64,000 nucleotides of DNA from contig KZ538029.1 of assembly GCA_000934665.2 (NCBI GenBank), positions 1 to 64,000 on the forward strand, read 5' to 3'. Below, one piece after another: positions 12,507 to 25,200 of the stretch. The notes beneath the pieces are model-generated. The model did not search any database, had not been told where the DNA came from, and saw nothing but the letters and a program-made list of their open reading frames with translations. The stretch is from Catajapyx aquilonaris (lineage: Eukaryota). Each line of letters begins with the position of its first letter. The stretch's first letter is position 1. The position numbers were made by a program, and so were the translations under genes.

Positions 12507-15500
12507 ATGGACGGTGGGTCCGACGCCCCGGGGTCCCCCAATGTGGGGCCCTCGTTTGGGGCAGGAGACCCCTCCTCTCCAGAGGGGGACCCGCCTGGTC
12601 ATGATGAAGTGGAGGACCTGGATTGGGCCACCAGCACTTCGCAAATAGATGAGCAGGTCAAATCAATACTCCCAGAGGTAGTTACATTGCTGTGAAGTCT
12701 TTTAAAATACCGTGTGCAAGCAGAAATGATCACTTCACAGCTACGAGCGACTTTGTTCTGATCCTCCCTCTTGTTCGATGCAGGAGTATGAAGATGGGGC
12801 TGCTGGCGGCTACCCAGATAACCCTTTCTCCCCACAACCGTCCACATCCATGGACGAATATGAGACTCATGTCAGTCCCTTGGACCCAAACATGAGCTCG
12901 GCTGCCCGTTACTCTCCCGTCTACCCCACCCTGAATCAGCACCTCCATCCCAGCTCCCTATCCCAGAGCAGCTCCACGGCTGCTGCCACCACAACCACAA
13001 CCACCAATCCCACCCCTGCTCCAGCACCTCTCCCAACAGTCAGGCCTCCTCCACAGTGCATCAAAGGGGATGTGAGAACCCCGGTGTCGGACAACTACAT
13101 GGTGTCGTCATCCACACATCTGGATTCAGTGGCTCCGCTGCGGCAAGGAGTGTACCATACTACCAGAGGGGACATGCTGGACTCCACAGTTGACTCCACC
13201 AGTGGAGGAATTATTGATGACGCAGCTGTTGGATCCTCACAAGTGCAGCCTCTCAGGGTTAGCAGACATTATTAATTTTGTGTTGTGAGCGTTGAATTCC
13301 CATCCATCATCACCTTAATGGCATGTCGTAATGATTCATTTCAACAGCCCTTGCAGGTTTGTGACCTCGAACCGTCAGGACTGATCTCAACTACAGGAGT
13401 CTCAGGAGATGAGGAAGATGAGGTGGATGGCCTGGTGGACTCGATACCCAGTCCTCCTGAAGCTGATCCCAGCCATCACCACACCCTGCGGAGGAACGAT
13501 GTCACTATGAGCTCCATTCTTTCAGAGGATGAGGATGATGAAGATGAAGGAAATAGAGTCATGTACACCTCAGCGCTTGGAGGCCACGACCGCAGCAATG
13601 TGTGTAATGGGCATGCAGGCAGTGGACAGGCAGAATCTCAGAGTATGTCTGAGTAGTACTAATAATCATCTACTCATTTTCTATGATTAAGGAGATTTAA
13701 TTTAAATGTGAATTTAAAAAGAGGAAGTTGCTATTGCTACATATTATATAGAGGCTTTTTCACTGGTTTCCTACAGAAGATATTGATGTGACTGAGGTGT
13801 TTGTGGACTCCCAGCGAGTCGCTGATGACTCGGAGTTAATGGATGACGATTACGAGGAGAGTGTGCAGCAATCTGCCCGAAACTCGATAGCAGCTCACCA
13901 GCTACTGGCTCCGAGTCAAGTTGCAAAGATTCTCAGTCACCTAGAGGTGAGTACAATATCTTAATCAAATTATCAAATTAATTAACTCTGTTTTTTGAAC
14001 ATTGCAGGCTACCCAAGGACTAAGTCTTCAGGCTTTAGCACCCTCAGTGGTATCTGCAGCTTCCAGAGGTGGGCTTGCTGGTGGCAGCTCCGATGCGATA
14101 TTGGTTCCCATGCAGGCTCCCACCTCAAGGGAGGCCTTGCAGCAAGTGGACTCCGGCAACGGGGCTCTGCTGCTCACACAGCAGCTGGGAGAATATGGCA
14201 TCGTTGCACAGGTCAATGGGCATGTGCAGCTCAATGGACAAGGTGAGGTTCTCTCCATTTTCATCATAGCTGTCTACTCCAAGACTGCAGTGGAAGTAAG
14301 GGGAAGGTTCCATGAAAACTTGCGTACTTGGAGGAGACAGTTAATAATTATTGCACTTGAGAACAGTCGACTGAAAGTTGTACGGTCAGATATTCCACTG
14401 ACACTATTTTGTATCCAATAGTTGACGATCGCATGGATGCGGAAGAGGTGAAGAACATGTCGTCTCCAGAGGAGTTGTTGGATAGCCATTCTGGCGGGGC
14501 TGTCACATCATCGGAGCTCCAGGAAGTCTTTGATGACGCCATTACCATTGAAGAGAACCTCTCAGGAGATTCCCTGGAAAGAGCCCATCTTATCAACGAG
14601 AGAGTGTTGTGTGAGAGCAGAAGGCTGCGTCGGAGCAACAGGAACAGCATCCCGGTTGTCAACAACACGAGGCCTGCTCCCAGAGAGGACGATGCTGTGG
14701 CAGTCAGCTCCAAGGACTTTTGTGAGTGATGCTTGAGCTCATACCTTACTGTCTCTCTCTTTCTCTCTGGAGTACAGCAATACATGTACTGTCCTCTCTT
14801 TTATCAACTCGTCGCGTAGCCAACATCTGGGGCTTTGGAAAAACCAGTAAGATATAAGTTTGTCCGTCATGTGTGGTCTTTTTTGTAGCTCATGCAAGAT
14901 TGAGACAGTCGAGTGTGGTCATGATTTGATGCCAGTTGCGGCTAATGTGACAGAATTTGTGATGGCTCAAGCATTAAGCACGCTGAATTTGTTTGTAATG
15001 GGCCGGTTATAGCAATACGTGATGAGCTTCCAGAGTTCTATTTGGAATAACCATAACACGTAATAACGTTGCAGTTTTAATAATACTGATCACTGATTGA
15101 CAATGTGTTATTGACAAAAGCACAATTAAATTCTGATGATTCAAAATGGTTACTTTACAGTGACAAAATTTTATACATTTTTTTTCGTGAAGTTTTGTTT
15201 GTTGTTGTAACATTCAGATGCGATGAGGAATAACATCTGACATTGCGGGCATCAGGGAACCGGACTGTTCTGTTGGATTGGGACTTTATTTAATTGGCAC
15301 TTATTGGATGAATTTAATTTACTCCGTAGCTGAACAAATGTGATACACTTTTGTCATAATTCAAAAACACCTGTAGTTTGATAAATAATTGTAGGTAATA
15401 AAGTTCATTTTTTAAAAAAAGAAACGAGTGACTGACAGGATTGTGCCAGTTAGAATAACATGAGTTTTCCAGTGCAGTTGACCAGAAGTTTCGTCAGAAA

Positions 15501-18500
15501 GGTCTCAAGGTTTTATCAGATAAACCCCCGCTCGAGTGGTTATTATTTGCGATTCTGGTCAGCTGCCCTGTGCATGACGGAGGAGAGCTTAGCGCACTCT
15601 AAACTTAGCCAGGTGGCACTGCAGGCAATTAATGATCATTAGGTGGTTCTCCCGTAGGGTGTGACGAATGTGGATCATTCTACAACTCCGAGTGTCCTCA
15701 GCACAAAGTACAAGCCATTGTGGACAAGCCAGTACCCTCCAGAGCCTGGGCCTCCTTGCCTGCTACGTATCTGTCCATTGCAAAGGTCCCAGGAACCTCT
15801 GGTACGGAATAGAACGCCTTTACTCTGGATCACAGGTTCTAACACGTGTTGTCCATGCAGAGTATGGTGTCTTTGCAAAGAAAACAATCCCAAAGCGCAC
15901 CCAGTTTGGGCCAGTGGAAGGCGTCCTGGTGAAGCCTGAGCATTGGGAGGACGACAGGCTGGCCCTGTTAGTCGAGATGGAAACAGGCGTCTATTACCAG
16001 ATGGACATTACTGATGAGAGTGAGTTTCATTTTGGAATCTGAGAGAGGGAATTATTAATCCTCGTTTCGCTTAACCCATGTTTACAGATTCTTCAAATTG
16101 GATGCGCTTTGTGCGACCAGCAGATTGCTTTCATGATCAAAACCTGGTGCTGAGCCAGCAGGGCACCTCTTTGTATTTCACAAGCACACGTGTTGTGTGC
16201 CCCAGGCAAGAGCTGAGGATTGGCTACAGCACTGCTTATGCCCAGAGGAGGTGCCTGCCAGTCCTGCAGCCCACCGAGGAGGACAGAAGGGCCATGGAGG
16301 AACAGGAAAATACCTGGCCGTGCTTTGAGTGTCATCAGCGTTTTCCCTCTTCTGAGGAGCTGCAGAAGCATCTCAATGAGCATGACAAAGAAAAGGCGAG
16401 CTGAATTGTCTAGCCACTGCTCAGTGCATGTTCGTAACAAGACTTTTTCCACATTACCAGGGCGATGGCGAAGCTGTACTGAAATCACAAATAAAACGAT
16501 CGAAGCCCCATGTGAAGAAACGCTCACTGACACACCATCACTTGATGGTCCTTAGGAAAAGTGGCAATGTTTCTGATAATTCAGATGGAGTGACATACAA
16601 TGGGGATTACAAGGGAAGGTCACATCGCTTAGTCAAGAAAATAAAGGTTCGTATAAAATGTCTTGGAATTACTGCAGGCTTGCTTTTTGCAGCTGCGAAA
16701 TTATGATTGTTAAATAACTTATTGAATGACCATGGGCGACTTATTTCTAGGACCATCATGAGCCAGGATTGGTTAAGCACTCTGCTTTACATAGTGGTCT
16801 CATCAATGGCGACAAGTCAAGGTAAAAAAATTTCTATTGGTGATATAGAGATTTTCTACACGTGGCATTGCAATTCGTAATGCCACAGATCCGCAGGTAC
16901 TATTGACGGTATTTTTCAAAAATTTTGTGGTTCCAGGCACTTCCGTCGCCATCGTCTGAACAAAGAGAGCTTGACTTACAAAGCGTTGCTGAAGAAAAAG
17001 GAAGATAGGTAAGAAAGTCGGCTTCTATTTTGATGTAGAACATGTTATCTTACTTCAAAATCCGACCTTCCTTTTTATTGAACAGCAGCTCTGAAGAAGA
17101 TTGGCAGTGTCCCCACTGCAACCTTGCTTTCGAACTCCCTGCACTGCTCAGCCTCCACATCCTCAGCCATTCAGCCATCGTGGATGGGGACATCCTCACA
17201 GCAAAAATCAACTCCATTGGACCCAAGAGGGAGTGTCCTCTTTGCCGTATGGTCAGTGGCATCTGTTTATTTTATCCATTGCAAGTGAATAGGTGTGTGA
17301 GTCGATCTGACAGAAAAACTCAATTTCACAGGAGTTTGAGTCGAAGCAGGAATTGTCCCAGCATGTCACGAAGCACGGGCGTGTTGGAGCCAAGCGGCTT
17401 AGGGGAGTGGTCAATCCGGCCAAACCTTTCAAGTGTGATCTCTGCTACAAGTCATTTGCGACTGACGAAAGACTTGAGGTACTTTAATATTGTGCGGTAC
17501 TTGCTTGGAGACATGTGACAGGAAATATAATTGGTTTTTTTTTTTTGCAGCGACACATGTTAGTCCACGGTGCAGAAGACTCAAAGCCACTGCAGTGTGA
17601 CATATGTTACAAGCGCTTCCTGAACAACTCAGCCCTTGCATGCCACATTAAGATACATACAGGTACATGTCCACCCGGAAGAAATCGAACCAACTTCTTG
17701 TCGAAATTCTACATACAATTTACTGGCATTTCAGATGAGCGGAAGAACTTTGAGTGTCCCATCTGCAGGGATGCCTTCGAGCAGGTGCTGGCTCTAAAGG
17801 AGCATGTGCACGTCCACGCCAGGAATGGCTTGTTCACATGTCCGCATTGTGGAAAGGTTTGTCCCTCACTGATTCTTAGCTAAGCTGTGTGCATCATCCC
17901 CCAGTGTTTTCAGGACAATGTGTACGTACCAGTGCTATTGCAAATTTTTACAGAGATTAGGATTACAGGGGCCTTCCATCTTCTGCAGATTTGTCGCCTG
18001 AGAAGCAGGGCAAGGTTGTTATATGTGCTTGAATGGACAATTTATCATTATTTAATTTTTTTAGTGGACTTCTGACAGTTTACGTAAACTTTAAAATGCG
18101 ATGGCTGAGCATCAACAATAATGGGTTTTGCCATTCCATGCGTAATATCTTCCAATTTGTAGACAAAGTGCAGTTATTTAGAAATCGGAAGGATCGAAAG
18201 CCTTTCTAATTATTATTATTGAAAGCAAAATATTTTGCCCGTTTCTTTCTCTGGCGACTCTTCTTTTCTTGTCGTCCACATCAGTAATTAACAGAATGTT
18301 ATGAAACGATGTCTTTAACCTGTCTCATTATCCCATCCCAATCCGAATCCATGCACTCTTCTTGACAGCCTCTCATTTCCACCACGTAGGTGTTTGAGGA
18401 GTATAATCAGATCCGAAAGCATATACGAGCTTTCCACAGTGAGAGGAGGTTCCCGTGTAGTCAGTGCGACAAGGTTTTTCCACGCCCAGACAAACTCAGG

Positions 18501-21500
18501 CTCCACATGCTCAGGTTAGAAAAAAAATCAAATAGCGATTGACAATGGAGGAACGTATTTATCCCCCAAAAACTTCCTCTTGCCTCGTGTTGTTTCTTTT
18601 TTATTTTTGTGTACCAAGGCGTAAGACATGGCTCGTTATTTTGGGCAGTGTTTTTTTGTGGAGGGAGGGGAATTTTGTTGCAGTGATGTTGGATGCAATG
18701 TTGTTTTATGGCCGTGATTACTGGATTCTGCACTGCTTCTCATTTCAGTTTAAGCTATCCCATATTTTCCCTGAGGCATACTTCACAATGATGGTAAAGT
18801 CTAGACTGATTGCAGCTGTCTCAATTGTGAGATTATTAATTCATGAAGGGAACATACCCAATTGCGTCATTTAGCGGTTGTGAACTATGCTTAATCCGAA
18901 CCCCTGGAATATTGTTTTGTAGGGAATGAAATCATCTCCTCACACTTCCAAATGTGCACAGATATATCAGACGTGATATTGTTGCAGGATATATTGTACA
19001 AAGGCTGGACTTTTTTGTAAATTTTCTCAGCATCTGATCAGTCGTAAGCAGTGGAGCAACTCGAATTTTTGGATCTGAGACACTCCTTGATCTGTACGCA
19101 ATCTTGTCCCGACCTAAACCAACCTGAATCGTGTCACTTTTCAACAATTCTCTTTTGATTTTGAGCTACTGGCGGTTTTATTTTTATTGTTTTCTCCGCT
19201 GCCTCCCCCTTTCCCACTAGGTGTTTGGTGCGTACAATCTGATCCGCAAGCACATTCGAGCGTTCCACAGTGTGAGGAGGTTCACTTGCTCTGTGTGCAG
19301 CAAGACTTTTCCTGCTCAGGACAAGCTTAGAATGCACATGCTCAGGTAACGTAAGTCAAAGAAAGGGGGTGTCTTAGGGGGGCTTCCACATATTTTTTTT
19401 CTCTCTCTCAGTTTCCACTTCATTTTTTAAAAAACCTGTCTGTGTCATGCTTTCGTCTCTTCTGGTGTCAGTATCCCTGGTATGCCTCGTAACGTGTGTC
19501 TACCATTTTGCGTATTATGCATGGCTTTACTGACTTTAGCAGTGGCGCTTTCTGCTTTTCTCTGCTGCTGTTGCCTCTGGACCTCTTGGTGTTACTGCCT
19601 AATAGTCCTTTCTCACTAGAAGTTGTAGGTCAAGTCTGTCAGATAATCAAGCTCGTATGTCAGTCTAGTACCTAGGAGGAGCTTGTAAATTATGTTATTG
19701 TTCATATGTTAACCGCTGTTGGTATCCACAAATTACTGACACTATTTCTGAACAAAAATAATGTGAATGGTTGATGTTCGTGATCTCGTATTAGCTTAGG
19801 ATCAATTAATTGTTGTGTCAGCCTCGTCTGGAGATGATTCTTACACAAATCTCTTCCGACGATCTCAAAAGATTTCCTTCCATCCAACTATCATTTTCTG
19901 AGACTTATAAATGATAGAGTGTCGTATTTGCTACGATGCAATCTTATGTAGAGCTGTATATAGCTTTAGTGTGTTTAGATTAATCAGTCATGCGCTGGTT
20001 TTAAATTGTCTTGTCCTTAAAAATACATTATTGTAGTGACTACAACAGATGCTTTTTACATTCATCAATAGAGCGATACCAGGGGGTTTTCTCATTTTTA
20101 TTAGAATAACTGATTAGGCCTAGAGCATAATCTGACAGGCTTGAGGAACTTTCTTTTGCTCTTCCACTCTTTCCTTCACACTTTTAAATCATCAGTTTGC
20201 ATGAGACTCTATGTCCCGTGGAACTTTCCAGGCACTCGGATCACCGCGAGTTTCTTTGCGCCAATTGTGGGAAACAGTTCAAGCGCAAGGACAAGCTAAA
20301 GGAGCACATGCGTCGAATGCATTCTGCTGAGCGGGAGGCCCGCTTGGCGCTCAAGCCCACCAAGGTTCCCAGCCATAAGAAGTTTGTGCCAAAGGTATGT
20401 ACATTCGTAATTGCAGTGGCATTTTCCTTCATGGCCAGTTGTCATTGAATTGTTTGATTGTTTGTTAACTGATGCATTTTTCTCTGTACGTTATCCACAG
20501 GTCTCACCAACAGACTATCATCGCTTTATATACAAGTGCCACTCATGTCTTCTGGGCTTCAAGCGACGGGGAATGCTTGTGAACCACCTAGCAAAACGTC
20601 ACCCTGATATCAGCCCTAATTCGGTCCCGGAGCTCAATCTCCCTATTCTCAAAACCACACGTAATTACTACTGCCAGTATTGTGAGAAGGTAAGCTGTCA
20701 ACAGTTGTTGTTGTACAGGCAGTGGCAAGTTGTACAATTTGTGATTTCCATCTTCAGACGTACAAGAGCAGCTCCAAGCGTAAGGCTCACATCCTGAAGA
20801 ATCATCCTGGGGCCGAGCTACCCATGAGCAACCGTCGAAAAGTACGGCCCTACCTTTTCTCTTACATTATGTTCCATTGTAATATTACTTAACATTAATT
20901 TGTTGTGTTCAAGGGCGGTGTTCCTGAGATCCCGGGCGTACCAAACCCAACGTTCTCTCAGACTGTTGGCAGTGTCACCACGCATCCTCACAGCTGTCCG
21001 TGGTGCCACAAGCAGTATGCCTCCAAGGCTAAGCTCCTGCAACATCAGCGCAAGAAGCATGTGGAATTCCTCCCCGAGGCACAACAAGTGAGTGCATCTT
21101 CTCTTTTATCCGCTTTCTCCATGACACCGACCCAGTGCGCATGCTTCAATTTTCACCGGGCCGCATTGTTTTGTTGATGGTTATTACCCAGATTCTTCGC
21201 ACTCAGCGCACCGGATCGCAAGGAAGTCCGACTCAGGACCAGCTGCTGGAAGGCTCAGCCGTGATCAAGTTCCTGGACGACGGAGACGAGGCACAGATCG
21301 TGCACATCCAAGAAGTGGACGGCATGGGAGTGCCGCAAGTCAACGTGTTGCAAGGTGCGACAACTTTACGATTGCACACCCGCTCACACCTGACTCGTAT
21401 AAACTTTTCAAATGCAGATTACCAGTTGGCCACTGCTCAGGACTTAGCTATGGAATACGCCAATGGGATTATCACTTTGAAGCGCCCACTCAAGGTGAGA

Positions 21501-21966
21501 CACATTTCCTCCAATATTATCTGAATGTATGAATTTAAATGTCGATATGTATCTTTCATTATTTTAGGGGTCATCTTTGGAGCAGGCAGGCCTGCCAATC
21601 GCAGCTGACCTGCTGTCACAAGCTATGTCAGACCTGGGCCAGCCTCTCGGTGACTATCGTCCTCAGCTGCCCTCTCCCCCATCTTCTCCATCTTGCTCCT
21701 CCGCATCTGCTTCTCCTTCATCCGCCACTTCGTCCCTCTCCTGCGCTTCCGTTGCAGGCCCTCCCATCCCATCCTCTACTACTGCAGCCCCTACATCTGA
21801 CCACTTCTTCCTGCTGACCACCACGGCTCCGGCCTCTTCACCGGTCACCACCACCTCAGCCTCTTCCACCCCTCAGCTCATCTTTCCGACTCCCACCACC
21901 GAGTCTCTCCCCCAGCCCCACCCGCAGCTGTGGGCCGCGACGTACTCCAACTACACAGCTCGCTGA
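12507..21966 (+). CDS. PRDM10: PR/SET domain zinc-finger protein PRDM10; about 22 coding exons, with one mutually exclusive exon pair
   Basis: PR knuckle (WCDEC..CPQH), PR/SET domain ([32 protein letters not shown]) and a C2H2 array with PRDM10-typical fingers ([89 protein letters not shown]). Confidence 0.95.
18390..18514 (+). CDS. PRDM10: PRDM10 alternative zinc-finger exon A ([41 protein letters not shown])
   Basis: tag|...|gttag boundaries, 125 nt, phase 0 to 2, matching the flanking exons (end 17856, start 20232). Confidence 0.93.
19221..19345 (+). CDS. PRDM10: PRDM10 alternative zinc-finger exon B ([41 protein letters not shown])
   Basis: Polypyrimidine tract, tag|...|gtaac boundaries, 125 nt, same phases as exon A, 30/41 aa identical to exon A. 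Confidence 0.88.
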
Positions 21967-24900
21967 CATCAGCAGGCCACTTGAACTTGAAGGTTTGGAG
22001 CTTAACTTACGAAGTTAAACAAGAAAAAAAACTTAATTACAATTGTCTGTCAGGGTTTAGTAAAAAAAATAATAACCTGGCAAATGGGTTGGCGAAAAAG
22101 GTTTGTTGTCCACTCCCAAAGGCAATTTTTGGGTGGAGTTTGCGGCGCTAGTCCAGAGGTTGGCGAATTTGTTTGCAAACGGTTTTGAGGATTTGGAGTC
22201 CGTTTTTATTAAAAAGCGGAGGGCTGAGTTGTTTTGGAAAAGTTTTGAGGGAAGTCTGGCTCAGATTTTTAAAAAGCTTCGGGAAATAATAGCAAGGATG
22301 TTAACAAGAAATGTGTGATTTTAGAAAAAGGAAAAGCTGGAAATGCTGTGGAGAAATATTGTCCTCAGCTTGGGGATACGTTTCCCAATAACTTTTCAAT
22401 TGTTAGGTTTGGTTTTAGCATGCTGTGTACATGTGTCTGAATGTGTGAATAACTGTGTGTGCACATGCATAACCTTTTCATCTAACCCACCCCCTTCCCC
22501 TGATAGTGTGTCCCTAGCAATTGGCTTGTTTTTTTGTTTTTTTCCATGCGTCCCTTCCCCGATTGTTAACAAAAAAGTACAACTTAGTTCACAGCGCACT
22601 GTGTCAGTTAAACCATTAACAATATTGCCCACTTGTGTTCGGAGTTAGTAGCAACTGGACTTCGTTTTTTTTTGCTTTTCGGAGAACACATTTTTTTTTT
22701 TTGTAATTAATTGGACGGTGTGTCTCTCTTTTTAAGTTTGTCGCACAGAACTGAATCTCAGTTTTCGTTCGGTTAATTTGTGCACTCAATTGATATAGAT
22801 TGTTGAGTCGTTGATGTTGCATACTGGTATTCTCTCCTCCCCTTTTGTCCCTTTCCCACCCACCCACTCCCAGTGTGTCCAAGTTGCTTTTAAAAACTAG
22901 CACTTAAAATCATTTTTTTAAAAACTGTGGCTACAAACAAAAAATATATAAATAAAATATATATTATAATTATTCTCAAGAGAGCAGTAGACATAGGTTG
23001 TGAGATCACAACAGATATGAACGTGTATAATTTGTATTTATGTATAGTTAACTTATTCAAAGCGCACACAAACTTAGTGCCGTCAAAGGGAAGGAGGAAA
23101 TTTTCTGGCTGATACGAGTGGCGGTTGATAAGAGACGGCGAATTAATTAATATGCGAGAAACTGTTAAGGGCAGCGAGTAAGTTTGACACACAACTGGTT
23201 ATTCTGCCGATGTGCAAGGACAATACGAAGCACACGTAATGATCAGACAGTTGTGGTCTTTTTTTGTTTTAAAACTGCTGTAGATTTGTCGGTTGAGAAA
23301 GTAAATGTCCAATTACACCATTAACAAGGTGGGTTTTTTGAGTCCAGTATACTATTGTCCAATCGCACTACGGTGCGTAATTAATGTCATTTGCCGTTGC
23401 ACAGTGGTCAAATTAGCCGTGGTTTTATCTATAGAAACAATTTCGTTGTTGTTGCCCTTATAGAGCTTCCCGTGTAGAAATTGATTCTCGGTGTTTGATT
23501 GACTGCCCCTCGTACTTAAAAAAAAAAAGAGGATGAAAACAAAGTATCTTATTTATTTTTCAACTAACCATGATTATGATTGGTTTTTCGTACAGTCTAT
23601 ATTTTTCTTTCTTCTCATCTTTCAACTGTTGTCTAAGATGGCAAGTATTTTTCATACCTTAACAGTGTGTGCTGTTAGACTAATTGTTTTTATTTTCTCG
23701 GTCTCTGAAGCACTAAATATTCTACAACTAATGATTGTTACAAAGTGCAAAAACTAGTCAAAGAGAGAATTGTTGGGCATGGTTGTTGCAGTCATCTGCG
23801 GAAAAAAAAAACGAGAGAAAAAAAGAAATTAGGTTTGGCAATGGTAACTCAGCTTTTGATCTATATTAACATGAATAGTTGCCTCCCCTCATTAAAAAAA
23901 GTTGATTCCAAAGGATCGTGATGGCAATCAGATGATGAAAAAACATTGCACCAATATTTTTGGGTGTCGTTTACCATTTTCGTTCAAAGGTTTCGATGTT
24001 GGCCATAATTCCTGCCAGCATGCCGTCCCGTACTTTTAAATTTTTTTTTCCCTTTCCGCACCAACTTTTGCCATCCAGTAATTTGTCTTTCGTTATGTTA
24101 TTAATTGTTTGCTCTGAGGGAAAGGCGACATGGCAAGTTAACAATTGCTGATTTATCCATCGTGAAAAAAAAAAAAAAGGCAGGGTTATCTACTGACATG
24201 TAGCAAAAGCGGTATCGATATTTGAAATGGTGATAGAGCGAAAAATCTGTTATTTGTTATTCACTTAAATGTTGGTGCTTTAATTATTATGTTGCATTTA
24301 ACTTTAGTGGGTTGCGAGACCTGTGTGAATTTTAGACGTAGCTTAATTTTGGACCCACCAAGTGGAATGGCAGAGATTTTAATTTTGTTTGGACAACTTA
24401 TGGCAGGTTGGCATTAACCATGACACTTAAATAATTTACAAAAAAAAAAAAAAGCGAGTGCAACTTATGGGGAGTTTTCTTGTTTATCACACTTAAATGT
24501 GCAATATGTTGCATGTCGTGAACTATTTGAATGTTAAAGTGACGAATCACTGCCATTAGTTGATCTGTTTCTTCCACCTCCTTTTATGACCATTCTTGAT
24601 GCCGAGAGGTGACCTTTTTGGGAACTTACTTTCAATGTTGCGTGTAATTTTCTACACTTTTTCTGTCACTGTCAGCTCCTGCTCATCTTTTTCTCGTGGA
24701 TTTAAAAAAAAGAAAAGAAAAAAAAAACAGAGGCCAAAGTAATATTTGTTTCTTGTCCACTTTAACTGCTGGTGGATGTTTTATGAACCTGTCTGTTTCC
24801 GAGAAAAACCTCCTCCGCAAGGTATTACAAAGAATGGAAGACCAAAAACAAAACGAAAGAGAGAGAAAAATATCTTGGTAGCCTTAAATTGACTCATTTA

Positions 24901-25200
24901 CTTGTTGAAAACAGTGAAATTCTATTTTTCTGTAGTTAATACTGGTAACAGTGTTGCTAACTGTTAACATGTGTCAAAACGGTGTCTGTGGCAACTATTA
25001 ATTATGCTGGTTATTGTCGCTACCTCTCGCACGTCCTTTTTTCCTTTTCTCCGCTGCATTTACATTGATGCGGTCCGCAGGAGTAGGGATTGTCAAATCA
25101 GTTGTTGGTCCAAAAAAAAAAGACCTATCCCATCGAGTTGTTATTTAATGTATTATTGCAGCTGCATGTAAATGAGGAATAAATTGAGACTCGTTTTATG
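21967..25200 (+). other. Probable long (about 3.2 kb) AU-rich 3' UTR of PRDM10
   Basis: No coding signal, A/T runs, and an AATAAA at about 25178 followed by T-rich sequence. Earlier AATAAA sites also exist near 22950. Confidence 0.5.

Noticed and set aside
19221..19345. Exon B as an assembly or haplotype duplication artefact
   Set aside because: The flanking introns are unrelated, and the exons differ at many synonymous and non-synonymous sites while keeping frame and zinc ligands.
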